A stretch of 63,892 nucleotides of DNA, counting the filler, from Octopus bimaculoides (lineage: Eukaryota): NCBI RefSeq assembly GCF_001194135.2. It is 4 parts of 4 records of this genome, joined end to end, with 100 filler letters (N's around TTAATTAATTAA, not from the genome) between each part and the next. Parts side by side here need not be neighbours in the genome. Positions count along the whole stretch, not along the records: positions 23,462 to 43,676 come from NC_068985.1; 3 more parts are not named here. One strand, 5' to 3'. Position 1 is the first letter of the stretch; each line of letters begins with the position of its first letter. The position numbers and the translations under genes were made by a program. Below, one piece after another: positions 24,350 to 38,123 of the stretch. Below the pieces are notes generated by a model. It was not told the origin of the DNA. It saw only the letters and a list, made by a program, of their open reading frames with translations, and searched no databases.

Positions 24350-25140
24350 GCCACAAATAACACTACCAGTCTTAGATAGAAATCTGGTTGAAGACTAAGA
24401 ATAACTGTTCCAATTTCAATATCCTAATAGCGGACTTGGTGGGAGTGATGAGAAATGTCTCTTTCATATGCGACCGAACAGAATTAGAAAGACATTTACA
24501 ACGCCTCATTCACTTCTTGCAGTTCTCTGCCTACAGCCAAAGAGACAGGATCAGAATTCAAAATGGAGCCAGGGATAAGTACAAGACCTTTATAGAAAAT
24601 GGCGCAACTGGGATCTGCCCGGAATACAGGAATAAAATATTGGAATAGCATAGAAAAGACCAATATGATAGATAAGCCCAACTCATTGTAAGACATCCAA
24701 AAATACCAGAGTGTCTTGTTTGTTGACGCTTCCTCTGGCGGTGAATTTAAGTGTTACAGTAGGAGAAAGCTCCCATAAAATCCCTGATCTGTGAAACATA
24801 TCCATTTATAAGGCCCTCATGTACGGATAGCAGCTATACAGTGTGGAGGATGAACTCACTGTATGATTAGCAATGTAGTCTATAGTGTACGATATAATGA
24901 GGGACAGTGCAGAAACAGGACAACGGCATACATTGGGGAAAAGAGCGCGTAGCATATGTGAACAGTTAGGTGAACACTGGTGGGTGCTCATCGGTGTGCT
25001 ACTAACATGCTAAATTAGAAAATGGAGGCTCTGTTAATAACTGAGTAGTTAAGATATTATCAACACATAGAACAGACACGACACAGATTACAGAAGCCAC
25101 ATATATAGTAATAGACAGGCCAAGACTAAACAGGTATCAT
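24350..25140 (+). mobile_element. Penelope-like element 3-prime part with degenerate GIY-YIG endonuclease
   Basis: 24869-24977 reads SNVVYSVRYNEGQCRNRTTAYIGE(fs)ARSICEQLGEH and about 25050-25134 reads KILSTH...QITEATYIVIDRPRLNR, matching the PLE pattern NVVY..YIGET.R....R..EH..EA..I...P.LN. Confidence 0.8.
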
Positions 25141-25774
25141 GCATGGAATAATAACACCCCTCCACTCCATCATACCCCGGAACTGGACGATTATAGGAAG
25201 AATGAGAGAAGAAAAGCGACAGAAATACAAGCCGTGCGATAAATAATTCCACAAACACAAACACGAGTCACATTGACATACTAAAGACGGAATGAGAAAA
25301 AATAAATAAGTAAATCAACGGATAAAAACATAGAAAAGACATAAGTAGAATATAGTAAGCAAATCCATACATACACACAGAAAATACACATATTGAACAA
25401 ATACACACGCGTAGCGTACATTCACCAATTCACATACTTACACAGACACACAGAGATACAGACCCAAATGCTTGCGCAGGTAAGCATACACACCAGAGAA
25501 TGACAGAATGGACTAAACAGAACAGGAGGAGATATGGCAGTGGCTGGAGAGTCGCTGAAGCGGTCACTAGATGTGTGACGAAAATTCTCAGACAAAGGAC
25601 ACTAAAATAAGAATAATAAAAACGCTGAAGAAGTGCATACATATACAAACGCATACTTACACAAACATACATAAAAAATACACAAACATGGACATGCAAG
25701 CACATGAAAATGCAGAATACATACATACATACAGATGCACACACATACATACATATATACATATCTACATACAC

Positions 25775-25837
25775 ACACATATATACATATATACATACAT
25801 ACATGCATAGGCACACACACACACACACACACACGCA

Positions 25838-25905
<68 letters not shown>
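25775..25905 (+). repeat. (CA)n/(TA)n compound microsatellite
   Basis: Direct observation. Confidence 0.9.
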
Positions 25906-25906
<1 letters not shown>

Positions 25907-26134
25907 ACCCACACACATGCGCACAAACACACAAAAAGGAACGCAGTGTAAATAACGGACTGAGTCAAGGCTATGGAAAAGGGTGCAAGACGCAACGAAA
26001 ATTTTAGGAAAATAAAAAGAAGGAATAAGTGGAAATTTTACCGGTGAGTGTTTAAAATTATAAGGCACAAACAAAAAATGACTCTCCCCAGACACAACAG
26101 AATATGCTTCAACACACGAACTCACATAAAGACA

Positions 26135-27439
26135 CGAGCTATTTCCGCTGATTTGCTGCAGCAGACTACAGGCACCTGTTCGTACGAGGCATCAGGCCAC
26201 TGTTTAAAGCCAGCCGGGGCTGGTTCGAGAATTTTAAAAAGAGGACTGGCATTCACTCCTTTGTCAGGCATGATAAGTCAGCAAACGCGGATATGAAGGC
26301 AGGTGAGGATTACCTCAAAACTTTTGTCGGAATTATAGCAGCCAAAGGATACATCCCCCAGTAAGTCTTCAACCGTGACGAGACAGGACTTTTTTGGAAG
26401 AAAAAATAACCTACCCCTCCAAGGCCATCTCATCCTGGACAATCCATCTGCTCAACCATCTAACGTCGAAGATGACATCCTCGGAGAGTGCAAGTTTGGA
26501 AAGGTCGTCTACCTTCTACCCAACACCACCCCTATCCTGTAGCCCATGGACTAGCTTGTGATTTCTACTATGAAGAAGCTCTTCACCAAGCACGTGTTCC
26601 GCCGCTGCTTTGAGGAGATGGAGAACACAAATTCGCCATCCGAAAGTTCTGGAAGGACCACTATAACACTATGATATCCCTCAGATTTGTCAATATGACA
26701 TGGCAAGGTGACCTCTGCGTCGAAGAAGTGGCAGTGGTGGAGGAGATTGTATCCCTCTACAAGTCCATGGACCCGGTTATCGATGAAGATGATATTAACG
26801 AGCGCATCGAAGATCAATCACTCTGAGGAACTGATAACGGAGTTACTAAAGGAGTTTCAGACGCAGAATCACACAGAGGTTTCGTAGGAAATAGGTTGGA
26901 GGAGGTTATCTCTACAAGTGCGATAAAGAAAATGCTGGGAATATGGGAGAAACTTTCAGACATTATTCAAAAGAAACAACCAGGAAACTTGCCTACCTCA
27001 TTTCAGAAACATTAAGAAAAGAAAGATGAAGCAGATCTCAAAAACTCCTGCAGATGAAAGCGAGGAACGCGTGGCATAAAAGGCAAAAATCGGCGAATAA
27101 GTTTCAGTTATTCAGTTCAGCCTTTCTCTTCCACCTCTGTTAGCATCCTCAAATCGTCTAATCTCCAAGGTAATTGCTGCACATTTTACTCAATGAAATC
27201 AGTTTATTGCAGTACATTCTATTGTATTGCTTTTTTCTAGATAATATTCGTTATTTCTAAATACATATTTCTTATTTCAGAACAGGTCACAAAAAAATTG
27301 CATTGTTTTTTGGGGTACTCAGAACGGATTAGTGACACTTCAATTCATTTCAGTGGAGAAGATTGATTTGACATACGAGTAATTTGAGATACGAACTCCA
27401 TTACGGAACGAATAAAATTCGTAAGTCAAGGCACCGCTA
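26135..27439 (+). mobile_element. Tigger/pogo DNA transposon remnant with internal deletion and right TIR
   Basis: FKASRGWFENFKKRTGIH...VFNRDETGLFWKK (26203-26403); LILDNPSAQP..VVYLLPNTTPIL*PMD (second and third catalytic D); right end ttcgtaagtcaaggcaccgcta resembles a Tigger TIR (CAG.GGT.CC.CGACTTACGAA) plus TA. Confidence 0.9.
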
Positions 27440-28831
27440 TATNNNNNNNNNNNNNNNNNNNNNNNNNNNNNNNNNNNNNNNNNNNNNNNNNNNNNNNNNN
27501 NNNNNNNNNNNNNNNNNNNNNNNNNNNNNNNNNNNNNNNNNNNNNNNNNNNNNNNNNNNNNNNNNNNNNNNNNNNNNNNNNNNNNNNNNNNNNNNNNNNN
27601 NNNNNNNNNNNNNNNNNNNNNNNNNNNNNNNNNNNNNNNNNNNNNNNNNNNNNNNNNNNNNNNNNNNNNNNNNNNNNNNNNNNNNTATATATATATACCT
27701 ATATATCTTTTTTTAGTCGTTATTATAACTCACGTGGAGCATTATTTCACTGATATATTTTCGTATATCACGCTGTCATTTCATTCAATGTTATTGACTT
27801 TAGTGTCTGCAACATCAGTCCTTATACATCAAGAAAATCTGCTTTGCTTGCATATCTTTCAGACGGCAACATAATGGTTTTTCATTTGGAATCTGCTACA
27901 CATATTGTCTCAAATTTATCATATACTTGTACTTTCTCTTAACTTTAACAGGGTTTTTTTTTTTTTAATGTTGAAAAATGACCCACTTTGGCCTTCTTTT
28001 CTATATGCTTTCCTATTTTTATGACCATATTTTAAACACTTGCTTTACTTTAATCCCAGTTACCAAACAGATCCTTCATCTATCAACATGTAACTTGATT
28101 CATTAGTGCAAAGTTTAGTGTGATAGATACTCATTTATAGTGATATATCCTTTTCTCTTAAACGTAACACATTTTAGATTCGCTGTTGAAATCATTTCAT
28201 TTCACTTATTTGGAAATGTCTTTAAGAAAGTCAAAATGTCATTCAGTCACATTCGCGGCATATCTACGCCTGTGGTCTTGCACTTAAATAAGAAATCAAT
28301 AATGCCAGTTAGCGTTCCTCTGAAGACATACGCATTACAGAATATCTTATACTGAATGATTATCGTACTTTTCATTTCCATTACGATACTTGAAATTACA
28401 TTGTATACTGACGCTGTCATTTAGCAATTGTTTTCCTGACTTTCAAACGGAAGAGATACACGAGGCATGCACTTCCATTTGCTGTGTCGGAATTTCGAAA
28501 TTTGCGCGTATACATGTATTTGTATTTGCGAGTATATACGTCCTAACATAGATATGTATGTATGAGTATGTGTTTATATCATGGGTGTAAATTGTCTAGT
28601 ACATTTATGTCCAACAAGAATTTAGTAGAAGGTATGTGTGTGTGTGCTGCTATCCATAAATAAATCGAAGCGAATTAAATATTGAATTATTCAAAATTCT
28701 TATCTCCAGCGCCAGTATGAATAGCAAGAAAGATAGCATAGTTTGATTTGCCCACCTGTATTATTTTATACATTAAAATTTGAAATTTGAAAATCATTGA
28801 CCAACATTACCCTACCAAACTAATATTATCG

Positions 28832-28880
<49 letters not shown>

Positions 28881-28959
28881 GATACAAATAATATATAAAT
28901 ATATGCATATATCCATACATATATGTACATACCTACATCTATATGTATACATACATGCA

Positions 28960-29285
28960 TATATGGGTACAGGACATCATAAAAAACGTTAAACACAATG
29001 AGAAACGAAAACATAAAGACGAAGACAGAAAACGAACTTATTTTCGAACAACGAGAAAAACAAACAGAGAAACGAGACATGTAACATAAAGAATATTTCC
29101 CTTCATCAGTTGTCCCTGTTCCATCTACACCGCGTTTCGAAGGCGAGGACAATACGCGATCTCGTTGGAANNNNNNNNNNCAGTCCTTCCCGCAAAGCAA
29201 ATTAAATAAAATTTGGATATTTTTGTGAAAGGTGAAAGTGTAAACAAGAACAGGACAGTGAGAACAAGACAGTGAAAACAAACGG
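28960..29285 (-). mobile_element. Penelope-LTR-like repeat carrying a hammerhead-like motif
   Basis: Repeated (sibling at 17720); contains CTGATGA and GAAAC cores on the minus strand. The PLE assignment is inferred from the hammerhead content. Confidence 0.5.
29099..29160 (-). ncRNA. Candidate non-circularly permuted hammerhead ribozyme
   Basis: Minus: ATCGCGTA|TTGTCCT CG CCTTC GAAA CGCGGT GTAGATGGAACA GGGACAA CTGATGA AGGG. Stem III 7 bp, stem I 7 bp, stem II 3-4 bp, GUA cleavage triplet. Confidence 0.5.
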
Positions 29286-29834
29286 TAAGGGCTTTTAGGC
29301 TAAAGCGATAGAAAAATAGTTATTTTGAACGCTAGTTAGATGTGAATGAGAGACAAAAAAATCACGTCTTCTCTATAGGAAGGCAGATAATAGAAAGAAA
29401 GACTCCCTTTCATCACGTGTCAGCGACGAGGGGGTCAAGAAGGAGGAGTGAGAGAGAGGGAACGGTGAGAGGAAGAGAAGAATCGGGAAGGGTTGGGAGA
29501 GAAAATCAGAAAGGATGAAGAACAAGAGAGGGAGAGAGATAGACAGGGAAGTGATAATAATAGAAGTAGAGTGCGCATATGCACGAAAGAGAAGATAAAT
29601 AGAAGAAAAGTGCATTTTACACGTTTAGTACGTATTACATGTATTATTTTCACACAATTTGATTCAGTTTATGTGACTGAAAGTTTCCCACGCCTCTAAC
29701 AAAAGCCTGTCATTTTTCAGGCTTTAGATTACTGAATATCGCTAATCTAAAGCATTAAGGAGACGTGCTTCTGTTAGGGACCTGCGGAAGTTTAAGCCGC
29801 ATTGAACCGAATAAAACTGTTTTAAATAACATAT

Positions 29835-29985
29835 ATGTGTATGTATGTATGTTTGTATGTATGTATGTTTGTATGTATGTATGTATTTATGTATGTATGC
29901 ATTTATGTATGTATGTATGTATGCATGCATGCATGTATTCATGTATGTATGTATGTATGCATGTATGTATGGATGGATGTATGTA
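29835..29985 (+). repeat. (TATG)n microsatellite
   Basis: Direct observation. Confidence 0.95.
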
Positions 29986-31858
29986 TACTACTTCCACGTG
30001 GTCAACTTTCTAGAAAGAAAATTGGTATTTCTCGTCAGGGTTGTATGCCACCTGAACATAATCATTAAATAAATTTCTCATTGCCAGGAAACGATTTTTT
30101 CATTGCAGTCTTCCACCATAAATGCTTTTGTTAATACTGTAACCAATATGTCATTCTCAAATGCGTCATCATTTACTTTTCTTTCTACCCAATAACATTC
30201 AATGATCAGTGTCAATTATAACCTCATGAATACCATTGAAATTTATTACTGTATATTGCATTTATAAAGTTACATGTGCTTAAGAGTATCCTTACTCTGG
30301 TGAAAGTGAACAATAATACACAGACCAATATTCACTTGTTTTCTGCTATTAAATTCACAGCATTTCTATTATAAGGTTTGTTGGATATATTTTAACGCTT
30401 ATTGTTCAAGATACCTTGGGACAAACAACTAATATTGAATTAATCGTACGATTTTATTCATTTCTATCAAGCAATCACTGTATGGTTCTTTGTATTGTAT
30501 GTAAACGTACTAAATATTTTATTGAGGGTGGTTAAGTTCCGAATGAGTATGCTTCATACATTACCAGACAAGAGCAGTCGTTCTGATGGATGTTTCAATT
30601 TTATAATGGTCTTTCTTCATTATAATAATGTAACCACATGTGTTGTTCTCTTATTGAAATAACAAATCGCAACCTAAGATTCCGTTTCAATTAATAAACA
30701 TGTACGAATATTTCCAACGCTAATCTTGTTAAAATGAACGCAAATTCCAATGTTCCATTTCTGATAAATCAAGTTTCCCAAATGTAATCAGCATAATTTT
30801 TATGATGAGAATGTATGTTTGGATGCATTAATAGCATGATTTATTGCTAATAAGCAATTATTGTTAATTACTGCTCTGGCCGAATCATTTTATCTTTTAA
30901 AAACACTTCTGAAACTCTGGCGATAATTAACATTCAGAATTATAATGATAGTCTAAATTACGTTTCTGTATAACAACATAGCTATCTTGTTTTCAGGGTT
31001 ACAAAGGTTAATATAAATGTGTCATGGCTTTCAGACTAAATGAAACTTACTACATTATGAAACCAATAGTTGCAGATTGCCGTACTATTATTCTGTTCAG
31101 CTTTTATGGATGTCACGGGATGTTATTACTTCCAGTTATAGCTACCAAGAGTAATATTCATTACGGTATCTAATATTTTACTTCATAATGGATAAGTCAT
31201 TAGTATATTATAGACATACGGAAAAGTTAATAGAAGATTTTACCAACAGCATAGATACTTGCAAAAAGCCTCTACAGACAATAATACATTGTTTAAAGGA
31301 GTAGTTACCAACGTTTTTGTTCGCGTATTATCTCTTAAAGTCTTCTTAAATCTTTTGCAGATGTAGTGAAAACCATGAAAATACGAAAGCATGCAGAATT
31401 TGAAGCAGATGAAATTTCCTCTGAATTCACAGCAGCTTCTGAAACTGAGATTAGCGCTAAATACTGAAACATACTTGCTTAGATATTTAAGCTTTGGTTT
31501 ACCAAAATTGTTGTTATTGATTATAACATTATGTTTATGCAAATAGGAAACAATATCGTGAATTAAATTCAAAACTTTCACATATTCAACTGTGTTCACA
31601 AATGTGTTATATTTCTAATCTCATAACCAACGAGGGAAAGTCTACAAAGTATCTCACCCTTATAGATTAAGCAGACTCACTACAAAATAGAGGAAATTTT
31701 TGAATGAGTAGTTCAAGATTAATTCTGTCTAATCGAAACTAACTAGTAAGCTGGACGATAGCAAAGTAATTGAAATAAACCATTCATCTCATTTCTCTTT
31801 TCCTTCAATCACCTAGTTCTGATCATCGATAAAGTAGAGTTCAATTATAAAGGAATAA

Positions 31859-31859
<1 letters not shown>

Positions 31860-31943
<84 letters not shown>

Positions 31944-32055
31944 CGACAGAGAGAACGACAGAGAGAGCGACAGAGAGCGCTACAGAGAGCGTGACAGAGA
32001 GTGAGAAAGAGAGAGTGAGAAAGATAAGGAGATAGAGAGCGAGAGAGAGAGAGAG
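31860..32055 (+). repeat. (TG)n-(GA)n compound microsatellite
   Basis: Direct observation. Confidence 0.9.
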
Positions 32056-34761
32056 TATGTACGCATGTATACGATTGTGTGTTATCTGGGAAAATGGACA
32101 AGAAGGAAAATTTTGCTTTATGATAATTGAATTACTTAATATTTCAATCAAAGCAACCTGAAAAGAATAGATTATGTATTACTGTGCTAAACGTACAGTC
32201 TTAGGAAATGATAAAACTGGGCTGTAGACACTGTTGTCAGAGATTAAGGTTTAGAATGACATTTCTCACAGAGAAATAGTGAAAGTTTGGAATGAACGTT
32301 ACTTTCTTTTTCTTAGAAATGATACTTTTACAAAAATACCGGGCAAATATGGTCAGGTTTGTTTTGTGTCCTTAAATGTATATATGCGTAAAGGATATGA
32401 GTAGAATATTAATGTACAGAAGAGACTACAGAGTTAACTTAAACCTGAATTACACCAAATTGGACAAATAATTACCTAGAATAGACCCCCAAGTGTACAC
32501 ATTGATTAGAAGCGTTCTAACAGGAAATACCTGATGTAAAATACAATAGACGGATTGAACTTTATTATAGTGTGGGGGACACGTCTTCTCCGGGTTGTTC
32601 CGAATGTCAAATCATCCGCTGCTACAACCTCTACACTTAAAATCCAAACAGTTATTTACTGCTACATGCTTATTAGTTAGTAAAATTATATTCATTATTT
32701 TACTGAGGTTTGATGCTCCAAAATGATTGGTAGGCGAAAAGTTCCTTATACCTCCTATACATTGTTAGTTTTGCTAGGATGTTATATTAACTGTTACGAA
32801 TAAGTGCATATGTGACGACAAGGTCAATAACTTTGGTTACACCAAATATTTCAACAGTGATACTTATTAGCAACAAGGCGTAATAAGATTACAGTAGATT
32901 TAGTTCTAGAAATCGTAATCGGTGTTGATATATTTCAAATAGATGCTTTTTATGCTTTTTAATAGTTGCCCTACTGTAGTTATACTGTAGTTGAAAAGAA
33001 AATGAGCAGCATATGTCTTTACATGATTATAACGCTATGTTGGTAGATTGTTAGTAAACTGTAATGATTTTGAAATGTTAGTGGAAAAGGAAAAAATACT
33101 CTGGGTTCATTGTGGGAAGGAAAAGTAATACAAGTAGTACAATTCATGCGAATATATATTTTGTTCTATTTATTATCGCGAAGTGGTTTTTAGGTTATGT
33201 TAGTCATTATAAATATTTGTTCCAGCTTATGTACATCGACACAGGGGTTCACTGTAGATTTGCAAGTGAAAGGTGTTGAGATATCGTTTTGGACACAAAT
33301 ATTATGAAGGGAAACGTATATGAGTGACTTCATAACACATTAGCGGGAGAACTAATTCGAGAACAATTAGCTTATTTTAATTACGAGAACAGTTGGGAAG
33401 ACATTTCAGTACTGTATAGAAAAGCATGGGTGTTTCTCTTTAGCAGTTGTCAAATGAGTCGATAAGAGATGAGATTAATGGACAAGAAGATATTAGGCTT
33501 GGAAGCAATAAATATGCCAAAAGTACAAGGAAAGCGGTTTCTGGGGTAGAATAGTATACTCAATGCCTCATATGACATATATCCAGAATTTCTAATATAT
33601 TTAAAAATATGAGACTCGTTTCTCACAACATAAATTAGTATTTAATAAATTTGAGTTCTGCAGATGTCTTCCATGTCTCTCACAAAACGATGGTGATATT
33701 TTCCCTCACTTTGAAAATTAAAGCATTTACATGCCTAACTCCTTTAAGTATGTTTAGCCTACGTTTACGTATATTTCATTTACAAGTACAATTGTTAAAG
33801 TAATGCAGTTTTTAAAGTGTTAATTGTTATACATACTTCGACAAATATTACACAAAGGTACTTAACAAGTATTACTCCACCTATCTCTCTGTTATTTTAC
33901 ATTTCCCGATCGACGCATGATTTTGAATTAATGATTTAGGTCATAGGCCACTCTAGAGAAGTTATACATGGATTTAATAGCAGTGCACATCATGTCTCAG
34001 ATGTAAAACTATCGATAAATTAGCATTAGTGAGGTAGAATTGCTGATATGAATACTGGCAACACTGTCCATTATTAGAATCGACAGTAATAATAGATATT
34101 TCTTTGTAGCTTGATAATTACGCCTTGGAAATTATGTGGCGTAAGCATTATACCATGTTTAAAGACTCCATGCAATGTTTACGTCCTGTTACGAGAACAT
34201 AAATAAATGAAGTTGCACAAATAATTGAATTTGGACTATAGCAAGCAAGTTGTGCAAATTAGAGAGTGATCTTAACACTAAATTTCTTCATTTTATTTTC
34301 CGTATGTACAGAGCAGCAGCAATGATGTTAAGTTCCTCCGACAGATTTTATAAACATTTATTCAAAAAGGTAATTATATTTGTCTAAATGCTTGTGTATT
34401 AGGTAATATAGTTTATCAAAGATAATTACACGGAAACTATTAATGTTGTCCAATAGGATGGTGCTATAAAGATATGATATTTACGTCATAATATTTTAAA
34501 AGAAATGCGTAAAATACGTTTCACTGGTTCACGCATAGAAGCAAAGTGAATTGAAATTACAAAACGTACATAATAATGTAAATGAGTGCTTCTATTGAAA
34601 AGAATCTCATTTAATTTCATTAATAGGGTCTAATAAGCCCTTAACATCTAGAATAATTAATGGACACATAAATGACATTCTTCTCTGTCTCCTTGATATT
34701 TCGGGATGCAATTATCATGCTCCATTTCTAAACACATAGATCTGCAACCGAAAAGTTGTTT

Positions 34762-36174
34762 CACATTGATTTGGTGAAATGGATCAATTCTTACCTGATT
34801 ATTAAAAACAGTACCAAAAAAATATAACGCACAATTTCATCAGTAAAACCTAACGTTGCATTATGCCATAATTTGATTATTGTTTATTACTATACTATTA
34901 ACTGTCATATTGAAATAGAATATATTAGTAGAACTAATAAGCGCCCGGCAACGTTTAAACCACTTCAGCTACACAGACAGGGGCCTGCATCGTCGTAGCT
35001 TCAGTCATCCCCAATGTCACGTTGAAGCGTATCCGTATCTTTTTTTTTTTACTTCAATAAATTTCTAAGGCTTTATTTTTCAATGTATATATATGAAACA
35101 AGCATTGTTTTATTATCTAATATATGACATTTTAATGCTTCTATAATGATATACTGTATATATTTAGATGATAAATCAAATATATGCTATTAAAAACATC
35201 CTTTCCTTTTCTTTAGAGGCCTCCAAGGATGTTTTCTAGAAGATGTGAATCAAGCCCGAATATCTATTGTTACATATGCGACAAAGAAACGTTAGAGAAA
35301 CATCCTGACTGTATTTGTCAAAAACTCTTCCTGTGTTTATTTTGGTGTGAAATTCGGAGACAATGATGGGAAGCAATTTCCTCATAAGGTCTGAACAAAA
35401 TATATAATAAGGTTATTTCGCTTTGCAGTTCCAATGATATTCAGAGTGCCAAAGATTGATGCCTACTACTTTTACTCATGTAAAATCGATGAGTGGAAAA
35501 AGCATTGTTTATCCAAATTTCCCATCTGCATTGAGACGTGTTGCCTATAGAGTAGACGCTCCAGTCCCGTCACCACCATGAGACCTCGAAGGCAAACGCT
35601 TAGGTTCTACGTCAGCAGGTAGAAATAACAATGAAGATGAAGAACCTCAAATATTCAACCTGTGTGAATTAAACGATTTAGTGAGGGACTTGGGACTTAC
35701 AAAAATAATCAGTAGTGGTTTTATGTTGCAAACTTAAATGCAAGATCCTTTAGCTCCTCACACATCATTTTAATGGTAAAATAACCGAGAAACAGAATTT
35801 GTTCCTTAGTTCGCTCAAGGAAATCAAGTGGTTTATTGTATAGATCCATCGAGATTAATACTAATAGGAACGTTTAGCATTATTTAGAGCCCTAATGAAT
35901 GGAGACTCTATTGACTCATCAAAGAGAAGTTTTAAATCTGACAATGTCAATATGATTCCAAACAATTACTGATGCTGCATCATGAATGTCCATCAAATGC
36001 TTGCAATTAAAAGAGTTTCCAATTTAAAAAGTAGTGATTCGAGGTGCATAACAAACAAAATTGAATAGAACACTTGTAAACATCTATTTTTCACCTTCCT
36101 GTTGCATTTCTGTTATTATATTTTGCTAAATAATGCACCAAATTCATTTCTATTTCATTTTGTCGTACAATGTG
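34762..36174 (+). mobile_element. Chapaev3-like (CMC superfamily) DNA transposon remnant
   Basis: From ATG 35229: MFSRRCESSPNIYCYICD; then YFGVKFGDND..PHKV, FAVPMIFRVPK, IVYPN..ALR.VA...PVPSPP, EPQIFNLCELNDLVRDLGLTK, NRETEFVP..Q.VVYC.D and PNEWRL..DSSKRSFK, all frameshifted. Possible termini CACATTG (34762) / CAATGTG (36174). Confidence 0.7.
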
Positions 36175-38075
36175 GATTTACCGACAAATAAAGTTATATC
36201 TTGTCATCAGATATTGAAAAGCCTTAAGTAATGAGAAAGAGCTATATTTATATTTGGAATCTGCAGAAACAGAAACATATGAAGTAACATACAGTTACCG
36301 AAACTATTTTTAAAGGTTCTCTTTAGCAGACTTGTGTTGTAATCAATATCTTTATATATGAAATCAAGTGTAAGATATCCAAGAAAGATTGAGTACCCAA
36401 AGTGAGGTTTAACGAAAGCATAACGTTGAATATAAAATGGATTCTTTAACAAATGTTGTGGATTTATGTAATATGTGATAGAATTTGTGATAGAATTTCA
36501 TATTGGTGCAACAGCTATATGATACTTTTATCGATAGTCTATTAAAATATTCCCTTGCTTCTGGTTTACAGAGAAATGCTTATCTGTAAATGTGTGTGTG
36601 TGCGCGTGTCTGTTTGTCTGTGGCTGTGTGAGGGTGCGTATGTGTGCGTGTATGCTTGTATGTTTAGGTCATTGTGTTGGTATGTTGATGACAATGACTT
36701 CGATGGCAGTGAAAGCTACGAGGATGGAAAGATGGTTCTAAGGAATGTTATTGGATAATTGATCTTGGTGGCAGGGTTCGACTGAAGGTAGGGACGACGT
36801 TGTCGATGACAACGACGACTACGATGATAATGAAGATGATGATGATGGTCCTGATCGCGATGATGATGGTCGCACTTTTGAGCGGAGAATGTGAGTGAGA
36901 ATTTGAAACGAAAAGATGAGCAAGGCAATGTATTTCAATATGGCAGGTGGGTACAGCTATTTTCGGAAGATAGATCTTTCAATATTTTATTTGATGAACG
37001 GTGTCACGTCTAGAGGATATTTACATATCATCTAGCTTATTTGGACTCTACTATGCCCCTATTGATATAGAAAACTTAGATCAGTGTTTCTTAATCTGGA
37101 TTGAAAAAGAAAAAAAATTCTAACATTCTGTAAAAGAAGTTGCGCGTCTACAAGGCGCAGTGAGTCACATAGCTAAACCATCTAGGAAGAATAATGAAAA
37201 AACTTGAGATATCCTATCAAGTGTTAGTCACTAGAACACAGTAAATATTTTTAGAGTGAACATAGCGTGGCTGAGGCTTCTTACACTTAGATAGAATAGA
37301 ACGGTTCCTCCTGGAATGCCTTTAGATATAGATCTGCATGATTTTGGATGAACGAGAACAAGCTAAACCAACAGTACCTAATTAATGACATCATGATCTG
37401 TTTTATATCAATATCTTTCTTTCTCTTATATACTTTATTTTTGTCATATACCATAAATGCAATACAATATGCTTGTCTATGAATCAATGTAAGTGCGTAA
37501 GCCTCAATGAAATACTCCTCTGATATGATCAAAATATTATGTAAATTTTCATATGACAGCTTTAACATAAAATGGTACTAGAACTAAAGCTGTGCAGAAA
37601 AAATTGCAAGAAATAATATTTATTTAAGCACTTGTCATTCACAGGATTACGGCCGAGTTGAACATTTGCTGTACCCATGATGTTCTGGTAATCTGATGTG
37701 CTCGTTAACTTTATTTGCCTTGATTAGTAAATATAGAATTGTATAATGTGGAGCATGCATATTAGTGCAGATATGTTAGCATAATTTCATATAGACTGAA
37801 ATTATAACTACATTAAACAGACTACGAAAAGGCCGTAGTCTTAATGGTGTGAAGTGCCAAGTGGTTAAACAAATATATTTACTTCTAATACCTCCTGAGA
37901 TTTTATGGTTGATATACTCCTCATGAATTGGTGTTATCCGTGAGACCTCTTGGACTAGAATTACATGGAAGTCTACATTATACTACACTGTACTGCATGA
38001 ATAGGTCTGTAAGTCGAGTTCGGCAGAGGAGCTTTCTCTGATAGCCACACGATTTTATGCATCGATATATTACAC

Positions 38076-38123
<48 letters not shown>

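Noticed and set aside
27800-28330. Possible ancient pogo/Tigger remnant on the minus strand
   Set aside because: Only a loose QV...DE.GLFW-like trace with many stops; cannot be supported without a profile search.
36690-36900. Asp-rich reading frame
   Set aside because: Degenerate (GAT/GAC)n low-complexity sequence with stops.
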